DNA from: Octopus sinensis
Taxonomy: Eukaryota
DNA length: 64,000 bases
Assembly: GCF_006345805.1 (NCBI RefSeq)
Contig: NC_043023.1
Location: 13,020,001 to 13,084,000 of the forward strand
Reading direction: 5' to 3'
Shown here: one piece after another, positions 1 through 17,322 of the stretch
Layout of the letters: each line of letters starts with the position of its first letter
Position numbering within the stretch: the stretch's first letter is position 1
Position numbers and translations under genes: made by a program
The notes under the pieces: generated by a model
The model's input: the letters and a program-made list of their open reading frames with translations, nothing else
What the model was told of the DNA's origin: nothing
Database searches by the model: none

Positions 1-1866
1 AGAAAAAGATGTTTTATAAACACATTCTACCAGTATACGAAGTTTAAAAGTGTTTAGTTACGTGGAAATTATTTTAAAAAACTGCCGTTCAAACAGAAAA
101 GTTCCCAAATATCTTACAAACTATAGAATTTTCTCAATAAAGCCAAGAGAAAAAGATGTTTTATAAACACATTCTACCAGTATACGAAGTTTAAAAGTGT
201 TTAGTTTCGTGGAAATTATATTAAAAAACTGCCGGTCAAACCGAAAAGATCCCAAATATCTTACAAACTATAGAATTTTCTCAATTAAAGCCAAGAGAAA
301 AAGATGTTTTATAAACACATTCTACCAGTATACGAAGTTTAAGTGTTTAGTTTCGTGGAAATTATTTAAAAAACTGCCGGTCAAACCGAAAAGATCCCAA
401 ATATCTTACAAACTATAGAATTTTCTCAATAAAGCCAAGAGAAAAAGATGTTTTATAAACACATTCTACCAGTATATGAAGTTTAAAAGTGTTTAGTTTC
501 GTGGAAATTATATTAAAAAACTGCCGGTCAAACCGAAAAGATCCCAAATATCTTACAAACTATAGAATTTTCTCAATTAAAGCCAAGAGAAAAAGATGTT
601 TTATAAACACATTCTACCAGTATACGAAGTTTAAGTGTTTAGTTTCGTGGAAATTATATTAAAAAACTGCCGGTCAAACCGAAAAGATCCCAAATATCTT
701 ACAAACTATAGAATTTTCTCAATAAAGCCAAGAGAAAAAGATGTTTTATAAACACATTCTACCAGTATACGAAGTTTAAAAGTGTTTAGTTTCGTGGAAA
801 TTATATTAAAAAACTGCCGGTCAAACCGAAAAGATCCCAAATATCTTACAAACTATAGAATTTTCTCAATTAAAGCCAAGAGAAAAAGATGTTTTATAAA
901 CACATTCTACCAGCATACGAAGTTTAAGTGTTTAGTTTCGTGGAAATTATATTAAAAAACTGCCGGTCAAACCGAAAAGATCCCAAATATCTTACAAACT
1001 ATAGAATTTTCTCAATTAAAGCCAAGAGAAAAAGATGTTTTATAAACACATTCTACCAGTATACGAAGTTTAAAAGTGTTTAGTTTCGTGGAAATTATAT
1101 TAAAAAACTGCCGGTCAAACCGAAAAGATCCCAAATATCTTACAAACTATAGAATTTTCTCAATTAAAGCCAAGAGAAAAAGATGTTTTATAAACACATT
1201 CTACCAGTATACGAAGTTTAAGTGTTTAGTTTCGTGGAAATTATATTAAAAAACTGCCGGTCAAACCGAAAAGATCCCAAATATCTTACAAACTATAGAA
1301 TTTTCTCAATAAAGCCAAGAGAAAAAGATGTTTTATAAACACATTCTACCAGTATACGAAGTTTAAAAGTGTTTAGTTTCGTGGAAATTATATTAAAAAA
1401 CTGCCGGTCAAACCGAAAAGATCCCAAATATCTTACAAACTATAGAATTTTCTCAATTAAAGCCAAGAGAAAAAGATGTTTTATAAACACATTCTACCAG
1501 TATACGAAGTTTAAAAGTGTTTAGTTTCGTGGAAATTATATTAAAAAACTGCCGGTCAAACCGAAAAGATCCCAAATATCTTACAAACTATAGAATTTTC
1601 TCAATTAAAGCCAAGAGAAAAAGATGTTTTATAAACACATTCTACCAGTATACGAAGTTTAAGTGTTTAGTTTCGTGGAAATTATATTAAAAAACTGCCG
1701 GTCAAACCGAAAAGATCCCAAATATCTTACAAACTATAGAATTTTCTCAATTAAAGCCAAGAGAAAAAGATGTTTTATAAACACATTCTACCAGTATACG
1801 AAGTTTAAAAGTGTTTAGTTTCGTGGAAATTATATTAAAAAACTGCCGGTCAAACCGAAAAGATCC
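1..1866 (+). repeat. Tandem satellite, 144-148 bp unit, about 12.7 copies (runs off window start)
   Basis: AGAAAAAGATG recurs at 1,148,296,440,588,733,881,1027,1175,1320,1468,1616,1762; array ends at ...CGAAAAGATCC 1866. Confidence 0.97.
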
Positions 1867-1919
1867 TACGTGTGTACTCTTTGTAAAAAGAATCTGGGAA
1901 AGTTGGGGACAGAATGGAT

Positions 1920-2301
1920 GGAAGCACTCCGTCGGTTACGACGACGAGGGTTCCGGTTGATCCGAATGAACGGAACAGCCTGCTCGTGAAATTAACGTGT
2001 AAGTGGCTGAGCACTCCACAGACACGTGTACCCTTAACGTAGTTCTCGGGGATATTCAGCGTGACACAGAGAGTGACAAGGCTGGCCCTTTGAAATACAG
2101 GTACAACAGAAACAGGAAGTAAGAGTGAGAGAAAGTTGTGGTGAAAGAGTACAGCAGGGATCACCACCATCCCCTGCCGGAGCCTCGTGGAGCTTTAGGT
2201 GTTTTCGCTCAATAAACACTCACAACGCCCGGTCTGGGAATCGAAACCGCGATCCTATGACCGCGAGTCCGCTGCTCTAACCACTGGGCCATTGCGCCTC
2301 C
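1920..2301 (-). mobile_element. tRNA-derived SINE (family 1)
   Basis: Minus-strand head GGAGGCGCAATGGCCCAGTGGTTAG...GGTTTCGATTCC with A/B boxes; homologs at 16015-16362, 25745-26049, 27430-27737. Confidence 0.85.
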
Positions 2302-2600
2302 TGTGGAGAGAATAGTAAAAAGGAAAAGACTGGAACGAAACCACTAGTCAGTAGCGCCATCTATTGGTGGCTTGATGAAATATAAACATACCAAGGGAAA
2401 TAACTTCTACACCGCTTCAATCCCGTTTCAGCAATTAAATTGTTAATTAAGGTGCTTAATTACTGGTAAGCGACTCCTTGTTTATATCTGAATACGGTAA
2501 GTTGAGCAAAATTTCCTTGTCAGGTGTTGGGTTGATTGCAGGACAACGTGAAATGAAGTGCTTTGCTCAAGAATTATTGACTATGTATATATATAAGTAT

Positions 2601-2830
2601 ATACAAAATTTAAAGGACTGACCACTAAAAGTGGACGGTCAACATGCTAGATATAGACGTCAAATCGCGATTTGACGTCTATATCTAGCATGTTGACCGT
2701 CCACTTTTAGTGGTCAGTCCTTTAAATTTTGTATGTAAAAATATTTAATCTTCGGATTTTTTTAATATGCTGGGCCACTGGTTTTAATTGATTAATATTA
2801 ATTTCTACCCTTATTAAATTTTATATAAGT
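2601..2830 (+). mobile_element. Fold-back Penelope-like fragment between TA repeats
   Basis: Perfect 134-bp palindrome 2601-2734 (centre AAATCG|CGATTT), followed by TGCTGGGCCACTGGTTTT...CCCTTATT 3' end shared with 27115 and 54620 elements. Confidence 0.6.
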
Positions 2831-3184
2831 ATATATATATTTATGCTGTATATTGAAGATGTGTGTGGGTGTATAGACCGGTGTATATAGGTAACTACGA
2901 GGGAGACGCGTAGAGGCTTATTATGGTGTGTTGATAGTATTTGGTGGTGTATATTAGCGTATATAGAGGACAACAAGCAGTGGGTGTATAACGGGGAATG
3001 CTGTGTGAACGGACAGTCAAGGTTGAGGACTGCATGAAGTGTGTATAATATTTGTAGAGTAGAGGACTTTGTGGTGTGTATAAAATGTGTGATGTACAGT
3101 AGTGTGTGTGTATATATATATTGTTGGCATCGTTTTTGTCTCGGGAGACAATGGAGTTGCGCATAAAATAGTCCAGTCCGGCTC

Positions 3185-3335
3185 TTACATTTCATGTCCT
3201 GATACATTTCCTGCTCTGTGGCTGTGTAGTCCTATCCTGGACAAACACTCCCTCTGGCAGGTACCGCAAATGTAGCGAAGACTGTTCCTGGCTGGTTGTA
3301 GTGCCATAGTTTCTTGTTGACGTCTTTTTCTTGTC
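3185..3335 (-). mobile_element. RTE-clade LINE 3' fragment
   Basis: Translates RKRRQQ...YICGTCQRECLSRIGLHSHR, resembling the C-terminal zinc knuckle of RTE ORFs. Confidence 0.7.
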
Positions 3336-3411
3336 TTTCCATTTCTCCTCTCTCTCTCATTCTCTCTCTCTCTCTCTCTCTGTGTCACTCCTTTGTATTC
3401 CCTCTTTTAAG

Positions 3412-4172
3412 TATCAGTTACGCACTGGGGTCGATATAATCGACTTAATCCCTTTGTCTGTCCTTGTTTGTCCCCTCTCTGTGTTTAGCCCCTTGTGGGT
3501 AGTAAAGAAATAGGTATTTCGTCTGTCTTTATGTTCTGACTTCAAATTCCGCCGAGGACGACTTTGCCTTTCATCCTTTCGGGGTCGATAAATTAAGTAT
3601 CAGTTATGCACTGAGGTCGATGTAATCGACTTAATCCCTTTGTCTGTCCTTGTTTGTCCCCTCTCTGTGTTTAGCCCCTTGTGGGTAGTAAAGAAATAGG
3701 TATTTCGTCTGTCTTTATGTTCTGACTTCAAATTCCGCCGAGGACGACTTTGCCTTTCATCCTTTCGGGGTCGATAAATTAAGTATCAGTTATGCACTGG
3801 GGTCGATGTAATCGACTTAATCCCTTTGTCTTTCCTTGTTTGTCCCCTCTCTGTGTTTAGCCCCTTGTGGGTAGTAAAGAAATAGGTATTTCGTCTGTCT
3901 TTATGTTCTGACTTCAAATTCCGCCAAGGTCGACTTTGCCTTTCATCCTTTCGGGGTCGATAAATTAAGTATCAGTTATGCACTGGGGTCGATGTAATCG
4001 ACTTAATCCCTTTGTCTGTCCTTGTTTGTCCCCTCTCTGTGTTTAGCCCCTTGTGGGTAGTAAAGAAATAGGTATTTCGTCTGTCTTTATGTTCTGACTT
4101 CAAATTCCGCCAAGGTCGACTTTGCCTTTCATCCTTTCAGGATTGATAAATTAAGTACCCGTTGTGTACTGG
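3412..4172 (+). repeat. Tandem array of a 186-bp SINE segment (about 4 copies)
   Basis: GCACTG anchor at 3422,3608,3794,3980; unit contains GCCTTTCATCCTTTCGGGGTCGATAAATTAAG SINE core. Confidence 0.9.
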
Positions 4173-5290
4173 TGTCGATCTAATTGCCTGGCCCCTCCCA
4201 ACAAATTATGGGCCTTGTGCCTAGAGTAGAAAAGAATATTTGCAATGTTGAATCACTGTATCTTTTAACTATCCTCTGACTCTTTTTATTCTGTTTCAGA
4301 ATATCACATCCTGTTGATATGAAAGAAATTACTTCATTCAGATGTGCCTCTGATATTTTATCAGCTCCCATCAACCAAAGGAAGATGATATATTTATAAG
4401 GAGCATTCATCAATACATCAAACTCATCTTATAAAGGAAATCTGTGAAAAACAACAGCAAAATATTTCTTCTGGACGATGGACGATGGAATTAACAGCAA
4501 CAATTTGAAGTCTTTGCTGTCTGGAATATAGAGGAGATGATTGTTTTACAGGTTAATTAAGCTTGGGATAACTTTACAAAGGGGTAGACAATTGTCAACC
4601 TCTTGATTTAGATATTAAGCAAAATCACAGGTGAAAGAAGCATAGCATTAAATTATTCTCTGAAAATAGCAACACAAATATATTCATAGAAATGAATTTT
4701 TTTCCTATTTCAGAATATAACATCCTGTTGATATGAAAGAAATTACTTCATTCAGATGTGCCTCTGATATTTTATCAGCTCCCATCAACCAAAGGAAGAT
4801 GATATATTTATAAGGAGCATTCATCAATACATCAACCTCTTTATACAAGTAAAATGCTTGACAAACGATGGAAAAATATTCCTTCCAGATGATGGAATTC
4901 ATTGCAACATTTTCTTGTCTTCGCTGCCTGAAATGTAGATGATTACTTTGAGATTAAAGTAAGCTTGGATAACTCTACAAACGAGTTGACAGTTTACATC
5001 TGCTGACTAAGTAAGATCACAGATGAAAGACACATAACATCATCATCATCGTTTACCGTCCGCTTTCCATGCTAGCATGCGTTGGGCGATTTAACTGATG
5101 ACTGGCGAACCAGATGGCTGCACCAGGCTCCAATCTTGATCTGGCAGAGTTTCTACAGCTGGATGCCCTTCCTAACGCCAACCACTCTGAGAGTGTAGTG
5201 GGTGCTTTTTAAGTGTCACTCTGATAATAGTGACTCAACGGAACACAAACATATTCATATAAATGAGAAAAACATTATCTTTGTGATATT

Positions 5291-6382
5291 ATGACAAATT
5301 ATTCTCTCATAATGAATAATTTGACTAAACAAAAAAACCCTGATACAAGAGAGAAATCATATTCTTGTGATGTCTGTGGTAAATCATTCTATCAAAATAG
5401 TCACTTGACAAGTCACAAACGTATTCATACAGGTGAAAAACCATATCAGTGTGATATCTGTGGTAAATCGTTTTCTGAAAATAGCATTTTAACTAGTCAC
5501 AAACGTGTTCATACAGGAGAGAAGCCATATCATTGTGACATCTGTGGTAAATCATTCACTGAAAATGGTAACTTGACTAAACACAAACGTACACATACAG
5601 GAGAGAAACCATATCGCTGTGATATCTGTGGTAAATCATTCTCTGAAATGAATGGCTTGACTTGTCACAAACGTATTCATACTGGGGAAAAACCATATCA
5701 TTGTGATATCTGTGATAAATCATTTTCTGATAATAGCGTTTTAATTTATCATAAACGTGTTCATACAGGAGAGAAACCATATCGTTGTGACGTCTGTGAT
5801 AAATCGTTCTTTGAAAACCGTCGCTTGACTAAACACAAACGCATTCATACAGGAGAGAAACCATATTGCTGTGATATCTGTAGTAAATCTTTCTCTGGAC
5901 ACAGAGAGTTAACTACACATAAGCGAGTTCATACTAGAGAAAAGCCGTATCAGTGTAACATCTGTGGTGAGTGTTTCTCTGACAGAGCTAACGTAACTAT
6001 GCATAAACGTAGTCATACTGGAGAGAAACCGTATACCTGTGATATCTGTGGTAAATCATTCTCTGGAAGTACGGGTTTACGTACACACAAACGTGTTCAT
6101 ACAGGAGAGAAGCCATATCACTGCGATACCTGTGGTAGATCTTTCTCTCAGAGGAGTGTCTTAACTACTCACCAGCGAATTCACACAGGAGAGAAGCCAT
6201 ATCATTGCGAAATCTGTGGTGAGATGTTCTCTCGTAGAATCAACTTAACTATACACATACGCGTTCACACAGGAGAGAAGCCATATCACTGTGATATTTG
6301 TGATAAGTCATTCTCTCAAAGTAGTGAATTATCTTTACACAAACTTGTTCATACAGGAGAGAAGCCATATCGATGTCTGTGA
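5291..6382 (+). CDS. C2H2 zinc-finger protein A, 363 aa, 12 complete fingers; ends at an apparent 5-bp deletion in finger 13
   Basis: CxxC-x12-HxxxH repeats with TGEKP linkers; TATCGATGTCTGTGA versus expected TATCGTTGTGATGTCTGT; degenerate fingers continue to about 7000. Confidence 0.9.
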   Translation: MTNYSLIMNNLTKQKNPDTREKSYSCDVCGKSFYQNSHLTSHKRIHTGEKPYQCDICGKSFSENSILTSHKRVHTGEKPYHCDICGKSFTENGNLTKHKRTHTGEKPYRCDICGKSFSEMNGLTCHKRIHTGEKPYHCDICDKSFSDNSVLIYHKRVHTGEKPYRCDVCDKSFFENRRLTKHKRIHTGEKPYCCDICSKSFSGHRELTTHKRVHTREKPYQCNICGECFSDRANVTMHKRSHTGEKPYTCDICGKSFSGSTGLRTHKRVHTGEKPYHCDTCGRSFSQRSVLTTHQRIHTGEKPYHCEICGEMFSRRINLTIHIRVHTGEKPYHCDICDKSFSQSSELSLHKLVHTGEKPYRCL

Positions 6383-7555
6383 TAAAACGTTCTCTCAAAG
6401 GTGTGACTTAATTAACCACCTGTGCATTCATACAGGGGAAAAAAAAATTCTTGTGATGTCTGTGGTAAATCATTCTCTCAAAAAGGCCTCTTAAGTACAC
6501 ATGTGAATATTCATACACAGGTGTAACAATATCAGTATCAAATATTATTACATGACAACAATTATGAATATTTTGTCTGCTAAAAGACGGGATTTTTTCT
6601 TCTTAAAATTTGACATTATCAAATTCAATTTCATCAATGTCAACATGAAATTCATGAATCACAACTTCAATATCATTTATATATCTAAATATATCAACAC
6701 AGAGATGACTTTGGTTTCTGAAGATGATGGTGCTGGATTTTTGAGGAATTTCTTACGAGAGAATGCAGGAAAGGGAAAAATGAATACAAGCTTTAAGAGA
6801 CATTGAGTTTGTCTGTGTTTTCATCATCACCATCCTCATCCTAATCCACTCTGAAAGTGGTGACTTGACTAAAGACAAAGCTACACATACAGGAGAGAAG
6901 CCATATCATTGTAATATCTGTGGTGAGTCCTTCTTTGAAAAACGGCCTCTTAAGTACACGTGTGAGTATTCATCCACAAGTGTAACCGTATCAGTATTAT
7001 AATTTATTAAAACATGACAACAATTATGAATATTTTGTCTGCTAAAAGACAGGGTTCATTCCTCTTCAAGCTTGACATTATCAACTTCAGTTTCTTGGAT
7101 GTCAACATGAAATTCATGAATCACAACTTCAATATCATTTATATATCTAAATATATCAACACAGAGATGACTTTGGTTTCTGGAGATGATTGTGCTGGAT
7201 TTTTGAGGAATTTGTTTTGAGAGAATAAAGGAATGGGAATAAGGAATAAAAGTTTTGAGTGACATTGATTTTGTCTTTGTTGTGTTTTCATCATCATCAT
7301 CCTTTAATGTCCATTTTCCATGCTGGCATGGGCCAGAGGGTTTGAGAAGAGCTGGGAAGCTGGATTGCTGCACCAAGTTCCTATCTGATTGGTTTAGTTT
7401 ACTACTGGTAGCTCTTCCTACCCACAACCACTTTACAGTGGGTGCTGGGTGTTTGTGGGTATGTATGTATCATCATCATCATTTAACGTCCGTTTTCCGT
7501 GCTAGCATGGGTTGAACGGTTCAACCTGTAAATTGTAGAAAAGAGGAGGGAAACT

Positions 7556-10156
<2,601 letters not shown>

Positions 10157-10160
10157 TAAC

Positions 10161-10329
10161 AGGAGTTGCTGTGTGGTAAGTAGCTTGCTAACCAACCACA
10201 TGGTACCGGGTTCAGTCCCACTGCGTGGCATCTTGGGCAAGTGTCTTCTGCTATATCCCCGTGCCGACCAAAGCCTTGTGAGTGAATTTGGTAGACGGAA
10301 ACTGAAAGAAGCCTGTCGTATATATGTAG

Positions 10330-10367
<38 letters not shown>

Positions 10368-10846
10368 TTGTGTGTCTGTGTTTGTCCTCCTAGCATTGCT
10401 TGACAACCGATGCTGGTGTGTTTACGTCCCCATCACCTAGCAGTTCGGCAAAAGAGACCGACAGAATAAGTACTGGGCTTACAAAAGAATAAGTCCCGGG
10501 GTCGATTTGCTCGACTAAAGGCGGTGTTCCAGCATGGCCGCAGTCAAATGACTGAAACAAGTAAAAGAGTAAACTTAGCGGTTCGGCAAAAGAGACCAAT
10601 AGAATAAGTACTAGGCTTACAAAGAATGAGTCCCAGGGTCGATTTGCTCGACTAAAGGCGGTGCTCCAGCATGGCCGCAGTCAAATGACTGAAACAAGTA
10701 AAAGAGTAAACTTAGCGGTTCGGCAAAAGAGACCAATAGAATAAGTACTAGGCTTACAAAGAATGAGTCCCAGGGTCGATTTGCTCGACTAAAGGCGGTG
10801 CTCCAGCATGGCCGCAGTCAAATGACTGAAACAAGTAAAAGAGAGA
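10161..10846 (+). mobile_element. tRNA-derived SINE (family 2) with three tandem 137-bp 3' segments
   Basis: GTGGTAAGTAGCTTGC...GGGTTCAGTCCC head, internal (TA)(TG) tract; GTTCGGC anchor at 10443,10581,10718. Confidence 0.88.
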
Positions 10847-11659
10847 GTAGCTAAATTTTGTACCTTGTTTGAAGTTTAAACCAGCCACATCTGGCCCCTC
10901 ACACCGACCCTTCAATATCATTCTGAAAATAAACAATCCCATCATTGAAATCTCAAAGCTGCAAGATAATCCATGGTTAATTCCAAGCAAGGTGAATAAG
11001 CCTTACATTTGACAGAATAACCCTGAATGCTAAATGGTTAAAGCAGCCACATCTGGCACCTCACACTGACCCTTCAATATCATTCTAAAAATAAACAATC
11101 CCATCATTGAAATCTCAAAGCTACAAGATAATCCATGGTTAATTCCAAGCAAGGTGAATAAGCCTTACATTTGACAGAATAACCCTGAATGCTAAATGGT
11201 TAAAGCAGCCGTATCGAGACCAAATATTCTGCTTGTTTCAAGTTCAAACTGGCCAGGGTTGGCTTTTCACACCTACCCTACAATGTCATTCTAAAAATAA
11301 ACAATCACATCATTGTAATCTCAAACCTTCGAGACAAAATGTATAATTATTTCCAAACATTGTGAATAAATAAGAATTACAATTAATTAAAGAGTTAATT
11401 GTTGATTAAATTGAATATATTTTTTTGTTGTTGTTGATATAATTACTAACTTGATGAATATTGCTAATTTTTTTTCCTGAGTCTGTCATCATCAGCATAG
11501 GCACCAGCATGGTTGTGTGGTAAGAAGCTTGGCTACCAACCACACGGTTTTGGGTTCAATCCCACTGCATGGCACCTTCAACAAGTGTCTTCTACTATAG
11601 CCTTGGGCCAACAAAATCCTTCTGAAAAGATGTAAACTGAAAGAAAAAGCCTGTCATCT

Positions 11660-13096
<1,437 letters not shown>

Positions 13097-13439
13097 GTCT
13101 GTGTGTGTTTGTGCATAAATTTCTCCCCCTCCATCACTTGACAACTCGTGTTGGTGCGTTTCTGTCCCCGTAACTTTGCAGTTCAGCGAAAAGAGACCGA
13201 AGGAATTCCAACTCTGTCTGTTTTTGATGTTTTATTTATATTCTTTATAATATTAATGTAGAATATAGAATATATAGTATAAATAATATATATATATAGT
13301 AAAATGAAATGAAGTATTGATTGTCTTATTTAATAGATGAAATATTGAACATCAAACATTAAGGGACTAGTATACTTTCTCGCAATAAAGCAGTCTTCAA
13401 GGTCTCAGGTTGTGAGAGGAGTGTTTCAACTGTGTATAA

Positions 13440-14245
<806 letters not shown>

Positions 14246-14246
14246 C

Positions 14247-14415
14247 AAATTGAGATAGGGGTTGTAAATGCAACCCTCATGTACACTGTTTTGCTCTACT
14301 TTTTTATATTTAACCCTATAGTTTCTTATGTGGTGGTATAATAAAGTATGTGATTGAGTATTATCTGGTAATTGATATTTGATTTCGATGTATTTCTCCA
14401 TTTTCTTATTTTGTA
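14247..14415. mobile_element. Short TA-embedded element with the same two ends as 36620-38335 and 53978-54170
   Basis: Begins AAATTGAGATAGGGGTTGTAAATGCAACCC, ends TTTCTCCATTTTCTTATTTTGTA. Confidence 0.65.
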
Positions 14416-14458
14416 TATACATATATACATATATATATTTTGTATATACATATATATA

Positions 14459-14820
14459 GGCGCAGGATGGCTGTGTGGTAAGTAGCTTGCTAACCAACCA
14501 CATGGTTGCGGGTTCAGTCCCACTGCGTGGCATCTTGGGCAAGTGTCTTCTGCTATAGCCCCGGGCCGACCAATGCCTTGTGAGTGGATTTGGTAGACGG
14601 AAACTGAAAGAAGCCTGTCGTATATATGTATATATATGTATATGTGTGTGTGTTTGTGTGTCTGTGTTTGTCCCCCTAACATTGCTTGACAACCGATGCT
14701 GGTGTGTTTAGGTCCCCGTCACTTAGCGGTTCGGCAAAAAGAGACAGATAGAATAAGTACTAAAAGGTGGTGCTCCAGCATGGCCGCAGTCAAATGACTG
14801 AAACAAGTGAAAGAGTGAAA
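14459..14820 (+). mobile_element. SINE family 2
   Basis: Homologous to 10161 copy. Confidence 0.85.
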
Positions 14821-14903
14821 GAGAAATATATATGTATGTGTGTGTGTGTATATATGTATGTGTGTGTGTGTGTATATATATATGTGTGTGTGTATATATA
14901 TAA

Positions 14904-14956
<53 letters not shown>

Positions 14957-14985
14957 TACATACATATATATATATACACATATAA

Positions 14986-15026
<41 letters not shown>

Positions 15027-15395
15027 TATATATGTGTGTATATAAATATGTGTATATATGTATATATATATACGAAAATAAACAAAAGACGAAGGCAGGT
15101 GGAGTACAAACAAACAATTGTATTAGTATGGCATATATATCATCGTCGTCCGTTTCACCTGCTCTTTCCATGCTGGCATGGGTTGAAAGTATATTTCATA
15201 TACATATATGAGATCGCTAGATTACGGGGACGTAAACACTAAAACAGGTTTTTAAACCCCGAGTGGCTATGGTGTGCTCCAAATCTAAACGATAGTCAAA
15301 GTGGTTCATAGATAGAAAGAAGAAAAAAAAGGGTGACAACTCCTGCATTAGAGTCGGCTTCTTTTTCGGATATTTTATTCAGCTTAAGATATAGA

Positions 15396-15451
<56 letters not shown>

Positions 15452-15455
<4 letters not shown>

Positions 15456-15986
15456 CGTATTTTTGCCATTTCAATATGGCTAACCCCTAAGGGTGGATGC
15501 TACTGTAGTTTTTAGCCCCAGGAGGACACACAGTAGCATCCACCCTTAGGGGTTAGCCATATTGAAATGGCAAAAATACGTCACGATGTGTTACCGCTAC
15601 TGTATATAACTCACTTTGATATTTATCATTGTTTGATTTCACTTTTTCAATATCAGCGACAGTGGACGCTGGAAAAAGTATAAGTATTTGTGAAGGAAAT
15701 CTAATTCTCGGCGACAACTATGATTGTCACACGCTGACGAGAGGTCAATACCTCGAAACTCGAGTCCGTGTGTATCATAAGTTGAAGACGGGAAGGATGA
15801 CTTCCCTTTGCAAATACTGACAGGACACAGATAGTGTGTCTATGGCCAGCTGGAGGAGTGTGTCCTCCTGGGGCTAAAAACTACAGTAGCATCCACCCTT
15901 AGGGGTTAGCCATATTGAAATGGCAAAAATACGTCACGATGTGTTACCGCTACTGTATATAACTCACTTTGATATTTATCATTGTT
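15452..15986 (+). mobile_element. Penelope-like non-autonomous element: inverted 5' segment + 1.3 tandem 353-bp monomers, flanked by (TA)n
   Basis: 15452-15530 is the reverse complement of 15859-15937; 15531-15633 repeats at 15884-15986; contains a hammerhead. Confidence 0.8.
15728..15772 (+). ncRNA. Type I hammerhead ribozyme, predicted cleavage after GUC 15766
   Basis: CACACG CTGACGA GAGG TCAATA CCTC GAAAC TCGA GTC CGTGTG: complete core, 6-bp stem I, 4-bp stem II, palindromic stem III. Confidence 0.92.
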
Positions 15987-16014
15987 ATATATATATATAT
16001 ATATACATACATAT

Positions 16015-16362
16015 ACGGAAGCACTCCGTCGGTTACGACGACGAGGGTTCCGGTTGATCCAAATCAACGGAACAGCCTGCTCGTGAAATTAACGTGTAAG
16101 TGGCTGAGCACTCCACAGACACGTGTACCCTTAACAGAGAGTGACATGGCCGGCCCTTTGAAATACAGGTACAACAGAAACAGGAAGTAAGAGAAAGTTG
16201 TAGTGAAAGAGTACAGCAGGGATCACCACCATCCACTGCCGGAGCCTCGTGGAGCTTTAGGTGTTTTCGCTCAATAAACACTCACAACGCCCGGTCTGGG
16301 AATCGAAACCGCAATCCTACGACCGCGAGTCCGCTGCCCTAACCACTGGGCCATTGCGCCTC
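16015..16362 (-). mobile_element. SINE family 1
   Basis: Near-identical to 1920-2301 with a 34-bp-scale internal deletion. Confidence 0.85.
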
Positions 16363-16369
16363 CATATAC

Positions 16370-16406
<37 letters not shown>

Positions 16407-16733
16407 ATGGTTGTATACTGTCAATCTATACAACCATTCTATCGCTCCACCACCGTACATGTCTCTACGAGAGATTAAGAAATTTAGTATTTCTGAAAAC
16501 TTTTTGACTACTATTTCTAAATTCGGTGTGTGGTGAGGCAAATCGTTGCTAAACCCTTAATTACTTAGTATATATATATGTTAGACGTATTGGGGGTGGT
16601 GTACAGATTTAATACATATGAAAGAAAAAGGTGTTCAGAAAGCTGGATGTTTGTAAAAAAATATATATTTAATTACGTATCACGTATTATTTCTTCATAT
16701 TAGCGCTTTTAGCTACTCCTCTAGTTTCATCAG

Positions 16734-16770
<37 letters not shown>

Positions 16771-16824
<54 letters not shown>

Positions 16825-17322
16825 TCTAGTTGTGTGAGTGTCTGTCCCCTTCGATTTAGATTCCTACTCCTCCCACATTTTGCGGTGCAGTTTAACCGAA
16901 TTCGGGTATCTTATAGTCGTGATTCATATCGAGCCCGTCTGACTATTAGCGCGCGTCAACGATGAGTCTACGATTTTAAAAATAATTTAACATCATTTTT
17001 TATTCCATTTTAATGCATAAAATGCATCGTGTGTCGATGGCGGCGGAGTTGGCGTCCATGGTCACACCTGCACCTGTTTGCTTCTCCCCCTTCTTCCCTC
17101 CCTCGTGAAGCTGTGGGGAAGGGAATGTAAGGAAATCAACGTCGTAAAGCGTTGTGAAGGAGACCAGCATTCTTTTAGAACAACGACTTCATGGCTTGAA
17201 GACACCAAAACAGAAATGGCTAAGAAAGCCCGAATTGGCATCTATAAGGGAAGTAACTCTCTAAAAATGCTTATATAGTTATTTCCCTTACAAACCCGAG
17301 CAACGCCGGGCGATACTGCTAG
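16771..17322 (+). mobile_element. Non-autonomous Helitron
   Basis: 5' TCTATATATA..., 3' CCCGAGCAACGCCGGGCGATACTGCTAG|T. Confidence 0.85.

Noticed and set aside
6552-7427. Duplicated short ORFs MTTIMNILSAKR... and antisense ORF ending VKLEEE
   Set aside because: Arise from a 462-bp tandem duplication in the 3' region of gene A; no recognisable domain, and frames are not conserved between copies
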